A DNA stretch of 64,000 nt from Heterodontus francisci. Lineage: Eukaryota. Of the stretch, positions 1 through 12,962 are shown piece after piece. Each line of letters starts with the position of its first letter. Position 1 is the stretch's first letter. The DNA lies in NCBI RefSeq assembly GCF_036365525.1, contig NC_090382.1:96976352-97040351 (forward strand). The letters run 5' to 3'. The notes beneath the pieces are model-generated. The model was not told where the DNA came from and searched no databases. It was given only the letters and a program-made list of their open reading frames with translations. Made by a program: the position numbers and the translations under genes.

Positions 1-449
1 AGAGACACACAGGGATCACAACCCTTATTATTAATACACGCCATCATGATATTAAACAGTGTATCATACACTCCACTATCCTTTTCATTACATAAAATAA
101 TAAGTATGCATTCAACATAGAAAGTAGATATAAACAGATTTCGAATAGTTTATTTGTTGTAGCTTCCATCTGGCCTACTGTCCTTGCTGATTAGTTCAAA
201 CGTAAAATAAACAAGTTATTTAATGATATATGATTAAAACATCTTCTAAGTTATACTGCAAAAAGGCACTGGACAACTGTATCTCTCATAATTACATTGC
301 ATCAACATTGATCCATAGAAGTCTGCGTTTTAAAAAATCAATATTGATTGAATAAATAATCGTTGCCAATGGCAAAGATGTCTGTAACTGAATGCGATAG
401 CTTAAACAATTCACACCGAGACATCCCATTGTGTCAGCCAAAGAAATGC

Positions 450-451
<2 letters not shown>

Positions 452-490
<39 letters not shown>

Positions 491-493
491 CAT
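452..493. repeat. (TA)n microsatellite
   Basis: Run of TA dinucleotides with TG/TACA flanks. Confidence 0.95.
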
Positions 494-1213
494 AATTATG
501 ATCAGCAGGCTGTACATTTACAGGATTTATTCACGCAGACATATATTCCTTCCATAATGATAAGTTTTTTAAATTCCCTCTAGGCCACAGGTACCAACAA
601 TCTTCATCATCTGAACTAATGTTGGCAGGTTTTCCAACCACAGGTTAAGTGAGGGAAATTACAGTCAACCTGATCCCTTCCTCAAACACATGTTCATAAA
701 CATAACACTTTGCAGGAATACTGCTTAATTTTCTTTGCCCCTCTTCCAGTCCATGATCAGTGAAGTCAGCTGTAACTGCTCAATTCCTGTCCCAGCTATG
801 ATGAAAAAATGTATCATGCACAAATTGAATCTTGTTCTTTCTACTGCATTTGCCTCTATATAACATAAGCCAGTGCATTCACTCACTAAACCATCCAGGA
901 AATGGCATCTTTCTGAAAAAAAATGATGCCCAAGTATTTTAACTTCCTCAATTACTAAAACTAACACTTAGGCCAAAGTAATGATTAAATTTGAATGTTC
1001 CTAATCATGGCGGAGCAGGCTCGAGGGGCCGAATTTGTAGGTTCGTATGTGATCAGTTTGGCTCTCACACTGCACCAAAATACTATACTAATGCCACTCT
1101 TGCAATAGGATAACATTCACTATGAATGAAAAGAACCAAACTACAACTGAATAATGACTAAAAATAATTGAATAAATAAAATTAAAAGGGCGATGTATTT
1201 TCTTCAGCAGTCT

Positions 1214-1219
1214 TTTATT
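1214..1219 (-). terminator. Candidate polyadenylation signal of the SPCS3-like gene
   Basis: AATAAA on the minus strand about 110 nt after the stop codon, followed by T-rich sequence. Confidence 0.5.
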
Positions 1220-1327
1220 AAAAACAATGTGCATTTTTGAGTTAAATTACAATAGGTTATACATGGCAATGAAAGCTTTTCAAATATAGTCTCATGGTTC
1301 AGACTTGTATCCAACCCTTTCTTTGTA

Positions 1328-1460
1328 TCAATAACTTTTGAATTCTTCATATTTTTCAGGTAATGGAATTACTTTCTGATGAGAGGCAGGCATCAGATGC
1401 AAGATTCCAGCATTTGGAACAATATTCCACGAAAGGGACAAGGATACATTCTTATTTCCT
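1328..1460 (-). CDS. SPCS3: SPCS3-like, coding exon 5 (terminal)
   Basis: cccag|(K)GNKNVSLSLSWNIVPNAGILHLMPASHQKVIPLPEKYEEFKSY*; total CDS 534 nt = 177 aa + TGA. Confidence 0.95.
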
Positions 1461-1789
1461 CTGGGGGAGGGGTGGGGGGAAGAAAGTTTAAAAAAAATGT
1501 TAATGGCAACTGCAATAATGGCATAGTTCAATTCACAATCATCTGACAATTCCAGAATCATGGTATTGACAATGCGACTGTTAAGATTCATATTAGGATA
1601 TGTAGAATATCCCCCTCTGGTTTGCTCTGATCTGGAGAAGGGAAGTACTCTTCCTGCACCACGGAGCGATGCTTATTGGTCCATCGCAGTTTTTAGAATA
1701 AACCTTTTCAACAAATGAAATTACACTGATGGAGTAGAAGGGATAGAGGACTATCAAGTATATGTCACAAAAACGTTGGTGTTACTTCT

Positions 1790-2075
1790 GCACTCCTCCA
1801 ATTCTAGCCTCTCGCACATCCCCAATTTTAATTACTCCACTATTAGTGGTGCTGCCTAGGTCCTAAACTCTGTAGTTCTCGCCCTAAACTCTCCTACTCT
1901 CTACCCTCCTTTAAGACGCTCCTTAAAACCTATATTTCTGGCCAAGCTTTTGGTCACTTATCCTAATTTTTCCTTACATGGCTTAGTGCCAATCTATTTT
2001 GATAACCCTCCTGTGAAGCAACTTGTAACGTTTTATGATGTTAAGGGCACAGTATAAATGCAAGTTATTGTTATA
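1790..2075 (+). mobile_element. L2-like LINE 3' end
   Basis: Tail ...ccttaaaacc...cctgtgaagc...ataaatgcaagttattgtt recurs at about 15300-15460, 30630-30855, 34185-34545, 52295-52850 (-) and 62930-63135. Confidence 0.7.
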
Positions 2076-3654
2076 GGTCACAATTCCCACACAGTAATTT
2101 CTCAATCATGAATGAAGCTTAGACAGGAAGCTGTTAAAATTTAGTAGCCCCCACTACCCGCAACACACTCCATCCGTTTGCACAATAACAAGATAGACTG
2201 CACTGTCATGCCCACATCTCTTATGGACTTAATTGGTCAGTGTGCCACAGGATTAAGTTACCCTTTAAGTGAATTATTTTGCACTGGATGTCCACGACAA
2301 ATTCCTGATCACTTAAATATGCAGAAAAAAATATCACGCTGACAGCCCATATTATTCAGGCAAGAAATTATAAGAAATAATAACACAGAAGCAAGATAAA
2401 CTACCAGATAAACAAAAACACTGCAGATAAGCTGCAACTGTACTGAAGCCATAGTAATTTGCACCACTGACTCTATACTCCTTGTTTTCCTCCAAAATAA
2501 AAATTTGCATTTGTATAGCAACTTTAATGTAGAAAAATGTTTCAAGTTGCTTCGCAGAAGTATAATCAGACAAAAATTGACATTGTACCAGAGAAAACAT
2601 AAGGTGGTGGAGAAAGGTGACTAAAAACTTATTCACATCGGCTGCTTTTAAGCAGAGTCTTAAGAGAGGTACGTGGTGGGGTTTCGGAAGGCAATTCCAG
2701 AGCTCAGGGCTGAGATGGTTGAAGGAATGGCTGCCAATGATGAAGGTATTTCATGAACACAAGGGGCCAGAACTTAAGGAATGCCAAGTTCTCAAAGGAT
2801 TTTAGAGATTGACAAGCTTACAGAGATAGAAAGTGGTGATGCCATGAAGGGATTTGATCACAAGGGTGAGAATTTTTAATTTGAGACATTGGAAAACCAG
2901 GAACCAATGTAGATCAATGAGTACAGGAGATTCTATTTGAAGTGGTCTTTGCAGGTTAGAGCAGAGTTTTGGAAGAGCTGAAGTTTATGGAGAGTGGAGG
3001 ATGCAAGCCCAACCAGGGGAGCATTGGATTGGTTGAGTCTGGAGGTGAGAAAGGCATGCATGAAGGATTTCGCAGCAAATGGGCTGAAGCAGGGACGGAA
3101 ACACACAATTTTGAAGGTAAAAGTAGGTGTTTTTTGTGATGGAGAGAGAGGATATGGGGTCAGAAGCTCATATCAGAGTCAAAAAGGATGCGGCAGTCGC
3201 TAACAGTCTGGTTCAATTTGAGACAATAGCTGGTTAAGGAGTTGAAATCAGTGGCAAGAATATGAGATTTGTGGCATGGGCTGAAAGATGATGGCTTTGG
3301 TTTTCCCAATGTTTAACTGCAGGAAACTGTGACTCATCCAGGACTGAATGTCAGACAACACAAAAGCAGTCGAGAGAAGTGGTGGAGAGATAGTGCTGGG
3401 TGTCGACGGTGTACATGTGGAAGCAGAGCCCAGGTTTTCAAATGATGTCACCGAGGGACAGTATGTAGATGAAGAACTGGACCTAAGGAGGGGCACTTCA
3501 GAGGTAATGATGCAGAAAGAAAAGCTATTGCTGGAAATTCTCTGGCTATAGTTGCAGAGTTAAGAGTGGAACCAAGTGAGAATAGTCTCACTGAGCTGGG
3601 CAACAAAGGAGAGGTGTTGGAGATGATGTGATCATCTGTCTCAAAGCCTTTAGA

Positions 3655-6600
3655 GAGAACATAAGAAATAGGAGCAGGAGTAGGCCATTCAGTCCCTCAA
3701 GCTTGCCCCGCCATTCAATAAGATCATGGCTGATCTGTCCCAGGCCTCAACTCCTCTTTCGGGCCTGCTCTGCATAACCCTCAACTCCCCGAGATTTCAA
3801 AAATCCATCTACCTCCTCCTTAAATACATTTAGTGACCTAGCCTCCACAACTCTCTGAGGTAGAGAATTCCAGAGATTCACCACCCTCTGAGAGAAGAAA
3901 TTCCTTCGCATGACAGTGTTAAATGTGTGACCCCTTATTCTGTAACTATGTCCCGTAGTTCGAGATTCACCCACCAGTGAAAACATATTCTCTACCCTGT
4001 CAAGCCCCCTTAGAATCTTATATGTTTCAATAAGATCACCTCTCATTCTTCTAAACTCCAATGAATAAAGGCCTAACCTGTTCAGCCGTTCTTGATAGAC
4101 AACCCCTTCATCCCAGGAATCAGCCTAGTAACCTTTTCTAAACTGCCTCCAATGCTAGTATATCCTTCCTTAAATACGTGAACCAAAACTGTATGCAGTA
4201 CTCCAGGTGTGGCCTCACCAACACCCTGTACAGTTGTAACAAGACTTCCCTATTTTTAAACTCTAACCCCCTAGCAATAAAGGCCAAAATTTCTTTTGCC
4301 TTCCTCATTACTTGCTGCACCTGCATGCTAACTTTTTGTGTTTCATGCACAAGAACACCCAGATCCCTCTGTGCTGCAGTATTTTGTAGTCTTTCTCCAT
4401 CTAACTAACAATCTGCCTTTTTATTCTTCCTACCAAAGTGGATGACCTCACACTTTCCCACATTGAACTCCATTTGCCAAGTTTTTGCCCACTCACTTAA
4501 CCTATCTATATCCCTTTGCAGATTCTTTGTGTCCTCATCACAACATGCCTTCCCACCTATTTTTGTATTGTCAGCAAATTTGGATACACTACACTCTGTC
4601 CCTTCCTCCAAATCATTAATATAGATCGCAAATAGTTGAGGCTCTAGGACCGATCCTTGTGGCACTCCACTAGTTAGGGCTTTCCAACCTGAAAAAGACC
4701 CATTAGTCCCGACTCTCTGCCTTCTGTGTGTAAGCCAGTCCTCAATCCATGCCGACACATTACCCCCAATACCGAGCTCTTATTTTGGGTAATAACCTTT
4801 TATGTGGCACCTTATCAAACGCCTTCTGAAAATCCAAATAAACTACATCTACAGGTTTCTCTTTATCCACTCTGCTTGTTATATCCTCAAAGAACTCTAA
4901 CAAATTTGTCAAACATGATTTCCCTTTCATAAAACCATGTTGACTCTGTTTGATTGCATCATGTTTTTATAAATGTCCTGCTATTTCTTCCTTAATAAAG
5001 GACTCTAGCATTTTCCCAATGACAGATGTTCAGCTAACTGTTTTGTTTAGTTTAGTTTAGATACAGCACTGAAACAGGCCCTTCGGCCCACCGAGTCTGT
5101 GCCGACCATCAACCACCCACTTATAATAATCCTACACTAATCCCATATTCCTACCACATCCCCACCTGTCCCTATATTTCCCTACCACCTACCTACACTA
5201 GGGGCAATTGCTAATGGCCAATTTACCTATCAACCTGCAAGTCTTTGGCATGTGGGAGGAAACCGGAGCACCCGGAGGAAACCCACGCAAACACAGGGAG
5301 AACTTGCAAACTCCACACAGGCAGTACCCAGAATTGAACCCGGATCACTGGAGCTGTGAGGCTGCGGTGCTAACCACTGCGCCGCCCACTGTGTAACTGG
5401 TCTATAGGTTCCTGCTTTCTGTCTCCCTCCTTTCTTGAATAGGGGCGTCACATTAGCGGTTTTTCAATCACTGGCACCCTACCGGAATCCAGTGAGTTTT
5501 GGTATATTACGACCAATGCCTCTACTATCTCTGCAACCACTTCTTTTAAAACCCTTGGATGCAGGCCATCAGGTCCTGGCGACTTGTCTGTCTTTAGTCC
5601 CATCAGTTTGTCAAGCACTTTTTCCCTCGTGAGAGAGATTGTTATAAGTTCCTCCCTCACATTTACACCTTGCTCATTTATTATTGTTGGGATGTTTATA
5701 GTGTCCTCCACCGTGAAGACCGATGCAAAATATTGGTTTCAGTTATCTGCCATTTCCCTATTCCCTGTTACTAATTCCCCAGTCTCATCCTCTAAGGGTC
5801 CCACATTTACTTTAGCTACTCTCTTCCTTTTTATATACCCGTAGAAGCTCTTACTGTTTGTTTTTATATTTCTTGCCAATTTGCTCTCATGATTAATTTT
5901 CTCCCTCTTTATTAGTTTTTCAGTCATCCGCTGCTGGTTTCTTAAAAAATCCCAATCTTCTGGCCTACCACTAGTTTACACCGCTTTGTATGCCTTTGTT
6001 TTTGATTTGATACTCTCCTTAACTTCCTTAGTTATCCACGGGTCATTCATCGTTCTCATCGAGTCCTTCCTTCTGACCAGAATAAATGTTTGCTGAGTTT
6101 TATTAAATATCTGCTTAAAGGTCTGCCACTGCTCATTGACTGACTTTCCTTTTAGTCTATTTTCCCAGCCCGCTTCAGACAACCCTTTCTTTATACCTCT
6201 GTAATAGCTCTTGTTTAAGTTAAGGACACTGGTTTGAGACCCGAGTTGCTCAGCCTCAAACTGAACTTGAAATGCTACCATGTTATGATTGCTTCCCCCT
6301 ACAGGATCCTTAATTACGAGATCCCTTATTAATCCTACCTCATTACACATGACCAAATCTAAAATAGCCTGTTCCCAGGTAGGTTCTGTAACATATTGTT
6401 CTAAAAAGCAATCCCTAATGCACTCTACAAATTCGTCTTCCACGTTACCCTTGCCAATTTGATTTAACCAGTCTATATGCAGATTAAAATCACCCATGAT
6501 AATTGTAGTGCCCTTCTTACATGCCTCCATCATTTCCTGATTAATACTTTGTCCTACAGAGAGGCAACTTCTCGGGGGCCTATAGATCACTGCCACCCGT

Positions 6601-6860
6601 GATTTCTTTCCCTTGCTATTCCTTATTTCCACCCAAACTGATTCTACATCACGATCTATTACACCTATATCATTACTCACAACTGCACTGATCCCTTCCT
6701 TTAATAACAAAGCTCCCCACCTCCTTTTCCTTTCTGCTTATTCTTCCGGAACGTCGAATATACTTGAACATTGGGTTTCCAGTCCTGGTCATCCTGCAAC
6801 CACGTCTCTGTGATAGCTATCAAATCATATTCATTTGTTTCTATTTATTCCGTCAGCTCA
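3655..6860 (-). mobile_element. CR1 LINE, most of ORF2 (APE endonuclease + RT), frameshifted
   Basis: ORFs 5976-6710 (VIYRPP, IIMGDFN, ILDLV), 5448-5711 (KSPGPDGLHPRVLKE), 4405-4758 ([14 protein letters not shown]), 3747-4061 (RRMRGDLIETYKI). Confidence 0.95.
5041..5393 (-). mobile_element. HE1-type V-SINE inserted in the CR1
   Basis: tRNA-like head GGCGCAGTGGTTAGCACC...GGTTCAATTC, V-domain core GTGGGTTTCCTCCGGGTGCTCCGGTTTCCTCCCAC, CR1-like tail with (CTAAA)n; TAACTG duplicated at 5035-5040 and 5394-5399. Confidence 0.9.
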
Positions 6861-8093
6861 TTAGAGGTTATTGTGATAGTGCACCACAGTCAGAGGATGC
6901 CATTTGTGACTTTGATTAGGGCTGATTCAGTGCTGTAGCAGGACAGAAACCTAATTGGAGAGATTCAAATATGGAGTTGAGGGAAAGACAGACACAGATT
7001 TGGTTAGTTACATTACGTTCAAGCATTTGAGAAGATTGAAAATAGGATGCTAATTTGCAATGCCAGACAGGTCAAGGATAGGTTTCTTCAGGAGGGATAA
7101 TGACTGCAGTTTTGAAAAGTGTGCCTAAGAAGAGAGAAAACAATTTAAAATGTCAGCTAGCAATGGACCAGGAAGAGAAGTTGGGTGATCGGCAGTTTTG
7201 TGGAAATAGAGTCAAAAGAGCAGGAGATGGATCTCATGGACAAGTTGAGCTCAGAGAGGGCACAGGGGAGATAGGAGAGAAAGTAGAGCAAGATGCTATT
7301 ACTTGACATTTCTCCATATTAAATTGCTTCTTCCACCTGATTTCCCATTTCTCCAATCTGTTTACATTGTCCTGAAGTGCTTTATTGCCCTCCTACTTCT
7401 GTGTCACCCGCAAATTTTGATGCATCCCTATTCTCAAGTCCAAATAATCAACTGTGTACAAAATGGATCCAGAACCAATCCTTGGGGTACATCACTTCCC
7501 TTCTCCAATCCAAGCAGCACAGTTTAACCCAAATTCTTTGTTTCCTGTCCATCAACCTACATTCTATCTATGCTGCTTTGTTTTTCCTATCCTATAAACT
7601 GGATTTTTTTTAAACAAGCCTCCCATTTTCCCTTATCCATTGGCCTCTAAAAATCCATAGACACCACATCTTCTTTACTGACATAACTTCAAAAACTCTA
7701 TTAAATTTACCAAAAGCTACTCAGATTTAGCAAATGCATGCTGGTTTTTCTTTACTATTCCAAGCATTTATAAATTCCCACTAATTTCACCTCGAATTAT
7801 GAATTTTAAGAGTTTGCCTATGACAATCATTCAATGAACTGATCTACAGTTACCAGTTTATACTACTCAAACAACTATTTCAGAATAACTTCCAGACACT
7901 GGAGCTTATAGCTTAAGAGTATTAAAAAGTCTTATTTTATTGAAGATCGTGATTGATGCAAGATGCCAACCCTCCAAAACATTGAGTTCTACAGCAGCAA
8001 AATGCAGTTAACGAACAAAAAAGGTTCACCAACAACCTTTTCACATTCTCTTCCCATTTTCTTGGGAGAATTGTACAAATATTTTTCACTTAC

Positions 8094-8209
8094 TTCAGAC
8101 CATTTCCATCATCCAAGAATAAATATTTAGGACTCATATCATGAAGATTAAGTCTAGGATTCTCTCCTCGCTGAAGGATTTTATCCCATAGAACCACTTG
8201 ATTCAATGT
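8094..8209 (-). CDS. SPCS3: SPCS3-like, coding exon 4
   Basis: catag|[38 protein letters not shown](K)|GTAAGT; 116 nt. Confidence 0.95.
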
Positions 8210-8508
8210 CTATGTTGTAAGTTAACACAGAACAAAAACATAAGAGGAATGATCAAATTTCAAAAAATTAATAAAAATTTCAAGGCAGCACTATACCATG
8301 AAGGTAAATGTTACTAAAAGGCAAAGAATAAAGCAGTAAGATACTGCTGTGCTATATTACAAAAGAATCAGGTTACTGAAAAGATCGAACATAGTACTGA
8401 AGCAAATAATGCATGAAGGCCAGAATATGTAAACAGCACATCCTAATAGATGTATTTTAGGCAATCTGTATAGCATCAATGCACCACACCTATGCACAAT
8501 CAACTTAC

Positions 8509-8585
8509 ATTGTTCTCTGTAGTATATTCTGCTGCTAGATACAGGAAAAGCTGCTTAACATTCCAGTTAAATACAGGGCCCAGAT
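8509..8585 (-). CDS. SPCS3: SPCS3-like, coding exon 3
   Basis: (D)LGPVFNWNVKQLFLYLAAEYTTENN contains the family hallmark WNVKQLFLYL; preceded by an AC acceptor, ends AAT|GTAAGT; 77 nt. Confidence 0.95.
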
Positions 8586-8739
8586 GTAGATAAATAGTTA
8601 AAGGAAATATGGGTTCTGGATAAATTCATACAATAGAAGCCCTGCACTACAATGAGAGCTTTGACAGAATGCAATTCATCAAATGAGAATCATAAAATGC
8701 CCTCATAATATCATCCTTTCCAGACTGTGTTCTGTCTTT

Positions 8740-9600
8740 CCTTTTCTTGGGCCTATCTATCTAGGCCCCCACCTGCCAAGAATGAGGCACATCAATTTTG
8801 TCATGAACATTGATTTTTAACTGTTGTTGGAGTGAGGAAATGACTTGTTAAACGGATCTTCCATGGCTGGAAAAAAACATTTACATACTAACAGACATCG
8901 AAGGTGAGGAAGCGCATTCCAGGGCCTGCTAAGGAGGATACAATCCACCAGGGCCAAGACTGGTTATACCAGCTGGTCACATGATTAACTGGCTGTTCCA
9001 GGGTTTCTTTTGAACTAGCCCCAGAGGGTTTGAACTCAGAAAGACTGTTTGCTCCTGGACTGAGAAGATCTTTCCTGTCTGCTCCCACCTCTTTCTCACA
9101 AGCCTCTGAATCCACTGAAGACACATGAACCCCAAGAGAGAAAAGTCTCCTCTAGCAAACAAGGTTTAAGAAGAATACTAGGCCCCAACAAAAAGCAAGA
9201 TCTACCTACAATCAAGAACTCTACAGTGAGCTCGAAGAACCATACCAAAGACTCTTCATATATTGCCTCAAATTTTTCCACTTTATTTTTCTTCAGTTCT
9301 TTTCTGTCTCTATTTGCATGTGTATACTATGTATGCATGCTAGCGTGGGCATGTCATGCATCCATAGGCATCAACCTAATTAGAGTTTAACTTCAAGTTT
9401 AATAAATTTCAACTTTTCCTCTTGAAACCGAAGAAAACCTGTTTGTGCTGGTTTCTTTGCCTTATAATTGGAAAGCGGTGAACAAGGATTCACCAAGGGG
9501 GAGCTAAAAACACGGTGTGTTTAAAATTAAACCCTGTTATGGTAAGACCAGGTGAAGGCTGAGAGGGATCCCTGGACACCTTTCTCACATAGTCTTAACA
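8740..9600 (+). mobile_element. Probable partial solo LTR inside the U12 intron
   Basis: Non-coding block with internal AATAAA (9401) ending ...GTCTTAACA like an LTR 3' terminus; matching 5' terminus and TSD not found. Confidence 0.45.
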
Positions 9601-9744
9601 CATGTTTCTGTCAAAACAACTGCTCAGGTGCACAAGAGCAGCCAAGGATGACTGTTGCAGTGATCTACTCTCAAGGAAGACAGAGAACAAGCAGAAAATG
9701 GGATAACAAAAAAGATATTAGAGAATTTGAAAAGGTTAAGGGAA

Positions 9745-10065
9745 TTTGGTGGTGAAGGGGGCTAGATACTGCTCTTTCTACTTCTTGCACCTTGATTCAA
9801 AGCCCACCCAAACCTCTCTTCTGTCTGCTGACCGTAAGGGCCTTACGTGAAGCCAGTTTGGGCATTCTAAATTTGATCTCCGATTTGTTTTGCAGCCAAA
9901 AATCAACCATTATTCAGCATTAAATACTGCTAAATTTACATTACCAATCCAAAATCACATGGAATGGCTGGAGTGTGAAAGGAAAAACATTACACTGGTG
10001 CATTAAGGGATGTTCTTGAGTTTGGGCTGAGGTATGCGGTATGGACAGCTTCACTGTGCACCTAT
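9745..10065 (+). mobile_element. Degenerate LF-SINE-like element
   Basis: Colinear patches resembling the LF-SINE consensus as recalled (GGCCTTACGTGAAGCCAGTTTGGG, GGGCTGAGG...AGCTTCACTG); related to the reverse copy at 35495-35890. Confidence 0.4.
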
Positions 10066-10985
10066 GTTAATTCAATGAGGGAGTGGTAAATCTATGGAAC
10101 TGGCTCTCTAGGAATATAGTGGAAGAAAATTGTATTGAATCATTCAATATGATTAAATGCAAATGAGTTACATTTCTTTCAGAAAATATTTTGGGGTACA
10201 GTATGAATAATTTGACATGGTAAATGTAACATGCTTGGGAAGAACAGGTGACTTTGGACCTTTGATTCCCAAAGATTTCCACAGTTGGGGGTTTCTTCAC
10301 CTCACCGAATCATAGAGCACAAGATGAGGTCATTTGGTTCACTGTGTTTGTGCCGCATCTTTAAGGACCAATCCAATTAATCCCACTCCACTATTGTTTT
10401 GCATTAGGTCTGCAATTTTCTCTTTTTCAGCTAATTCCTTTTGAAAGATGCTATTGAATCTGTTTCCACAACCTTTTCAAGTAGTGCATTCCACATCCTA
10501 ACAAACTGCTGCATTACAAAATGTCTCCTCATTGCTCCTCTGGATTTTTTTGGTCATTTTATCTGTTTCTTCTGGTTACTGACCCTCCTGCTAGTGGAAA
10601 CAGTTTTTTTTTTGCCCTGGTTAGCCTTTGATTTTTTTTTTCCTTCTTTAATATTTTTCACAGGAGATATAAGACTGATGGTGGGCAGGTGGATATTGAT
10701 GCTTCACATGTTGCAGGTTGTGCGAGGCAGACTCGATGGAACAGCCGGTCTTTTGCGATTTTGTATGTTTCTATGTCGGGGTCTGTTGTAGACTAATTGC
10801 CATGATTAGACAGCATCATCATTATTGTGGTACAATGTGACTAACAGGATGGTAGAAGGCAAACTCAATGGACCGTAGTCTTTTTCATCTGGCCGTTCAT
10901 TACCTAACCTGGGATTCCCGGAAATGGAAAGTGTCAAATCCTCATCTTGATGAGCATAACAGTGAATCAAGCACAAAAAGGATAT

Positions 10986-11050
10986 CAACATAGACACTAA
11001 AATTTACTGATCCTAAATCATAGTTTCCAGTATAGTCTTCGTATTTTTTT
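10986..11050 (-). CDS. SPCS3: SPCS3-like, coding exon 2
   Basis: tttctatttcag|A AAA AAA TAC... gives KKYEDYTGNYDLGSVNFSVYV(D); 65 nt; followed by U12 donor ATATCCTTT; phases match both neighbouring exons. Confidence 0.9.
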
Positions 11051-11807
11051 CTGAAATAGAAACAAAAAAGTACTCCAAAACACAAACAACACTCTACCTT
11101 TTCCCCTCCCCCCAGCACTATGCTCTTATATTCTTTACATTTAAAGCAGATGAAGCTTTAATTTACCATTTCACACACTTGAAGCATTTTTTTTTATACT
11201 GTGAAAGATATACAATCCAGAAAATCTTACTTTAGGGGTGAAAAACCGGTTAGCCTATCACTACCTAGGCAATGTTCTAGTATACACCCATTACAGTTTA
11301 AATACAGAAAAGGCAACAGGAATGTTTTTAAAAGTGAGAAGTTATTCAGCCATTTTGCAGAATTTTCCAGGGTGAAGAGGCTTTAGGATTTGTGCTAGTG
11401 TTGTACTTCTTTGCACTTGTGGCAAAGAGACAAACAGCGTGCACCACACACTGGTAGCTGCTACAGATACTTTCATACTATAATAAGAGTTATTTTCACT
11501 GCTGTGAAATATCATTGGTACTCACAATGTGAATACAAGATAGGTGTTGGCTGGTAGGGAGCCACTAGGTAGTAATTCAATCAGTTCTGATATTATAAAC
11601 TGCGATAGCAAAGCTCATGTAATACCTTGCTTAAATTGACACCTGGTGCTGTAATCCGGGCTCACCAATCAAATCCGTGCAGCGGCATCGTTCATGCATG
11701 ATGACGTTCACACTGAAAAGAGTAACAATTGTGTCGTCATTACTGTACGGATTCCAAGGGAATTTTTTGCCACACAGTATGTAAAAGTAATGGGTGTATA
11801 TTTAAAG

Positions 11808-12962
11808 CATAGAGTCGTACAGCATAGAAACAGGCCCTTCGGCCCACCGCGTCCATGCCGACCATAATGCCTATCTATATTTATCCCACCTGCCTGCATT
11901 AATTCCATATCCCTCTATGCCTTGCTCAATTAAGCACCTGTCCAGATGCCTCTTAAATGTCGCTACTGTTCCTGCCTCCACACCTCCTCAGGCAGCTCAT
12001 TCCAGATACCCACTATTCTTTGTGTGAAAAATTTACCCCTTTGATCCCCTTTAAAGCTCCTCCCTCTCACCTTAAATCTATGCCCTCTAGTTTTAGTCAC
12101 CCCTACCATAGGAAACAGACTCTGGCTATCTACCCTATCTATGCTTCTCATAATTTTATATACCTCTATCATGTCTCCTCTCAGCCTCCTTCACTCCAGG
12201 GAAAACAGACCCAACCTATCCAATCTCTCTTTATAACTCAAGCCCTCCAAACCAGGCAACATCCTTGTGAATCTTTTCTGCACCCTCTCTAGCTTAATCA
12301 CATCTTTCCTGTAGTGCGGTGACCAGAACTGCACACAGTACTCCAAAAGCGGCCTAACCAACATTATGTACAACTGTAACATGACGTCCCAACTCTTGGA
12401 CTCAGTGCCTCGGCCGATGAAGGCAAGCATGCCATACGCCTTCTTCACCACCCTGTCTACCTGAGTTGCCACTTTCAGGGAGCTATGTACTTGCACCCCA
12501 AGGTCTCTCTGCTCAACAACACTCCCCAGGGCCCTGCCATTCACTGTATATGTCCTGGCCTGGTTTAACTTCCCAAAATGCATCACTTCACACTTGTCTG
12601 CATTAAATTCCATTTGCCACTCCCTTGCTCACTTTCCCAGTTGAGCTATATCCTGTTGTAACCTTAGACAACCTTCTTCACTGTCCACTATACCACCAAT
12701 TTTGGTGTCATCTGCAAACTTACTAATCATGCCCCTTACATACACATCCAAGTCATTAATATATATGACAAACAACAGGGCCCAGCACCGATCCCTGTGG
12801 CACACCACTGGTCACTGGCCTCCAATCTGAAAAACAACCCTCCACTACCAACCTCTGCCTCCAATCACCAAGCCAATTTTGTATCCAATTTGCTAGCTCA
12901 CCCTGGATCCCATGTGTTCGAACCTTCTGGACCAGCCTACCATGCGGGACCTTGTCAAAGGC
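11808..12962 (-). mobile_element. CR1 LINE 3' fragment (RT C-terminus + tail)
   Basis: ORF 12191-12613 MEFNADKCEVMHFG...LVRPLLEYCVQFWSPHYRKD; tail GGGCCGAAGGGCCTGTTTC. Confidence 0.93.

Larger units (their letters stand above)
2500..7300 (-). mobile_element. Old L2-like LINE (about 2500-3655 and 6860-7300) interrupted by a CR1
   Basis: Same L2 tail in reverse at 2500; degenerate RT peptide LSDIQSWMSHSFLQLNIGKTKAIIF (ORF 3248-3496); similar decayed sequence resumes after the CR1. Confidence 0.65.
8586..10985 (-). other. U12-type (minor spliceosome) AT-AC intron, SPCS3-like intron 2
   Basis: 5' end ATATCCTTT, branch site TTCCTTTAAC (8606-8597), 3' end TCTAC; splicing here restores the codon G|AT (Asp) and the reading frame. 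Confidence 0.93.

Noticed and set aside
5976-6710. 244-aa ORF, the longest in the window, as a host gene
   Set aside because: It is the APE endonuclease region of a frameshifted CR1 ORF2.
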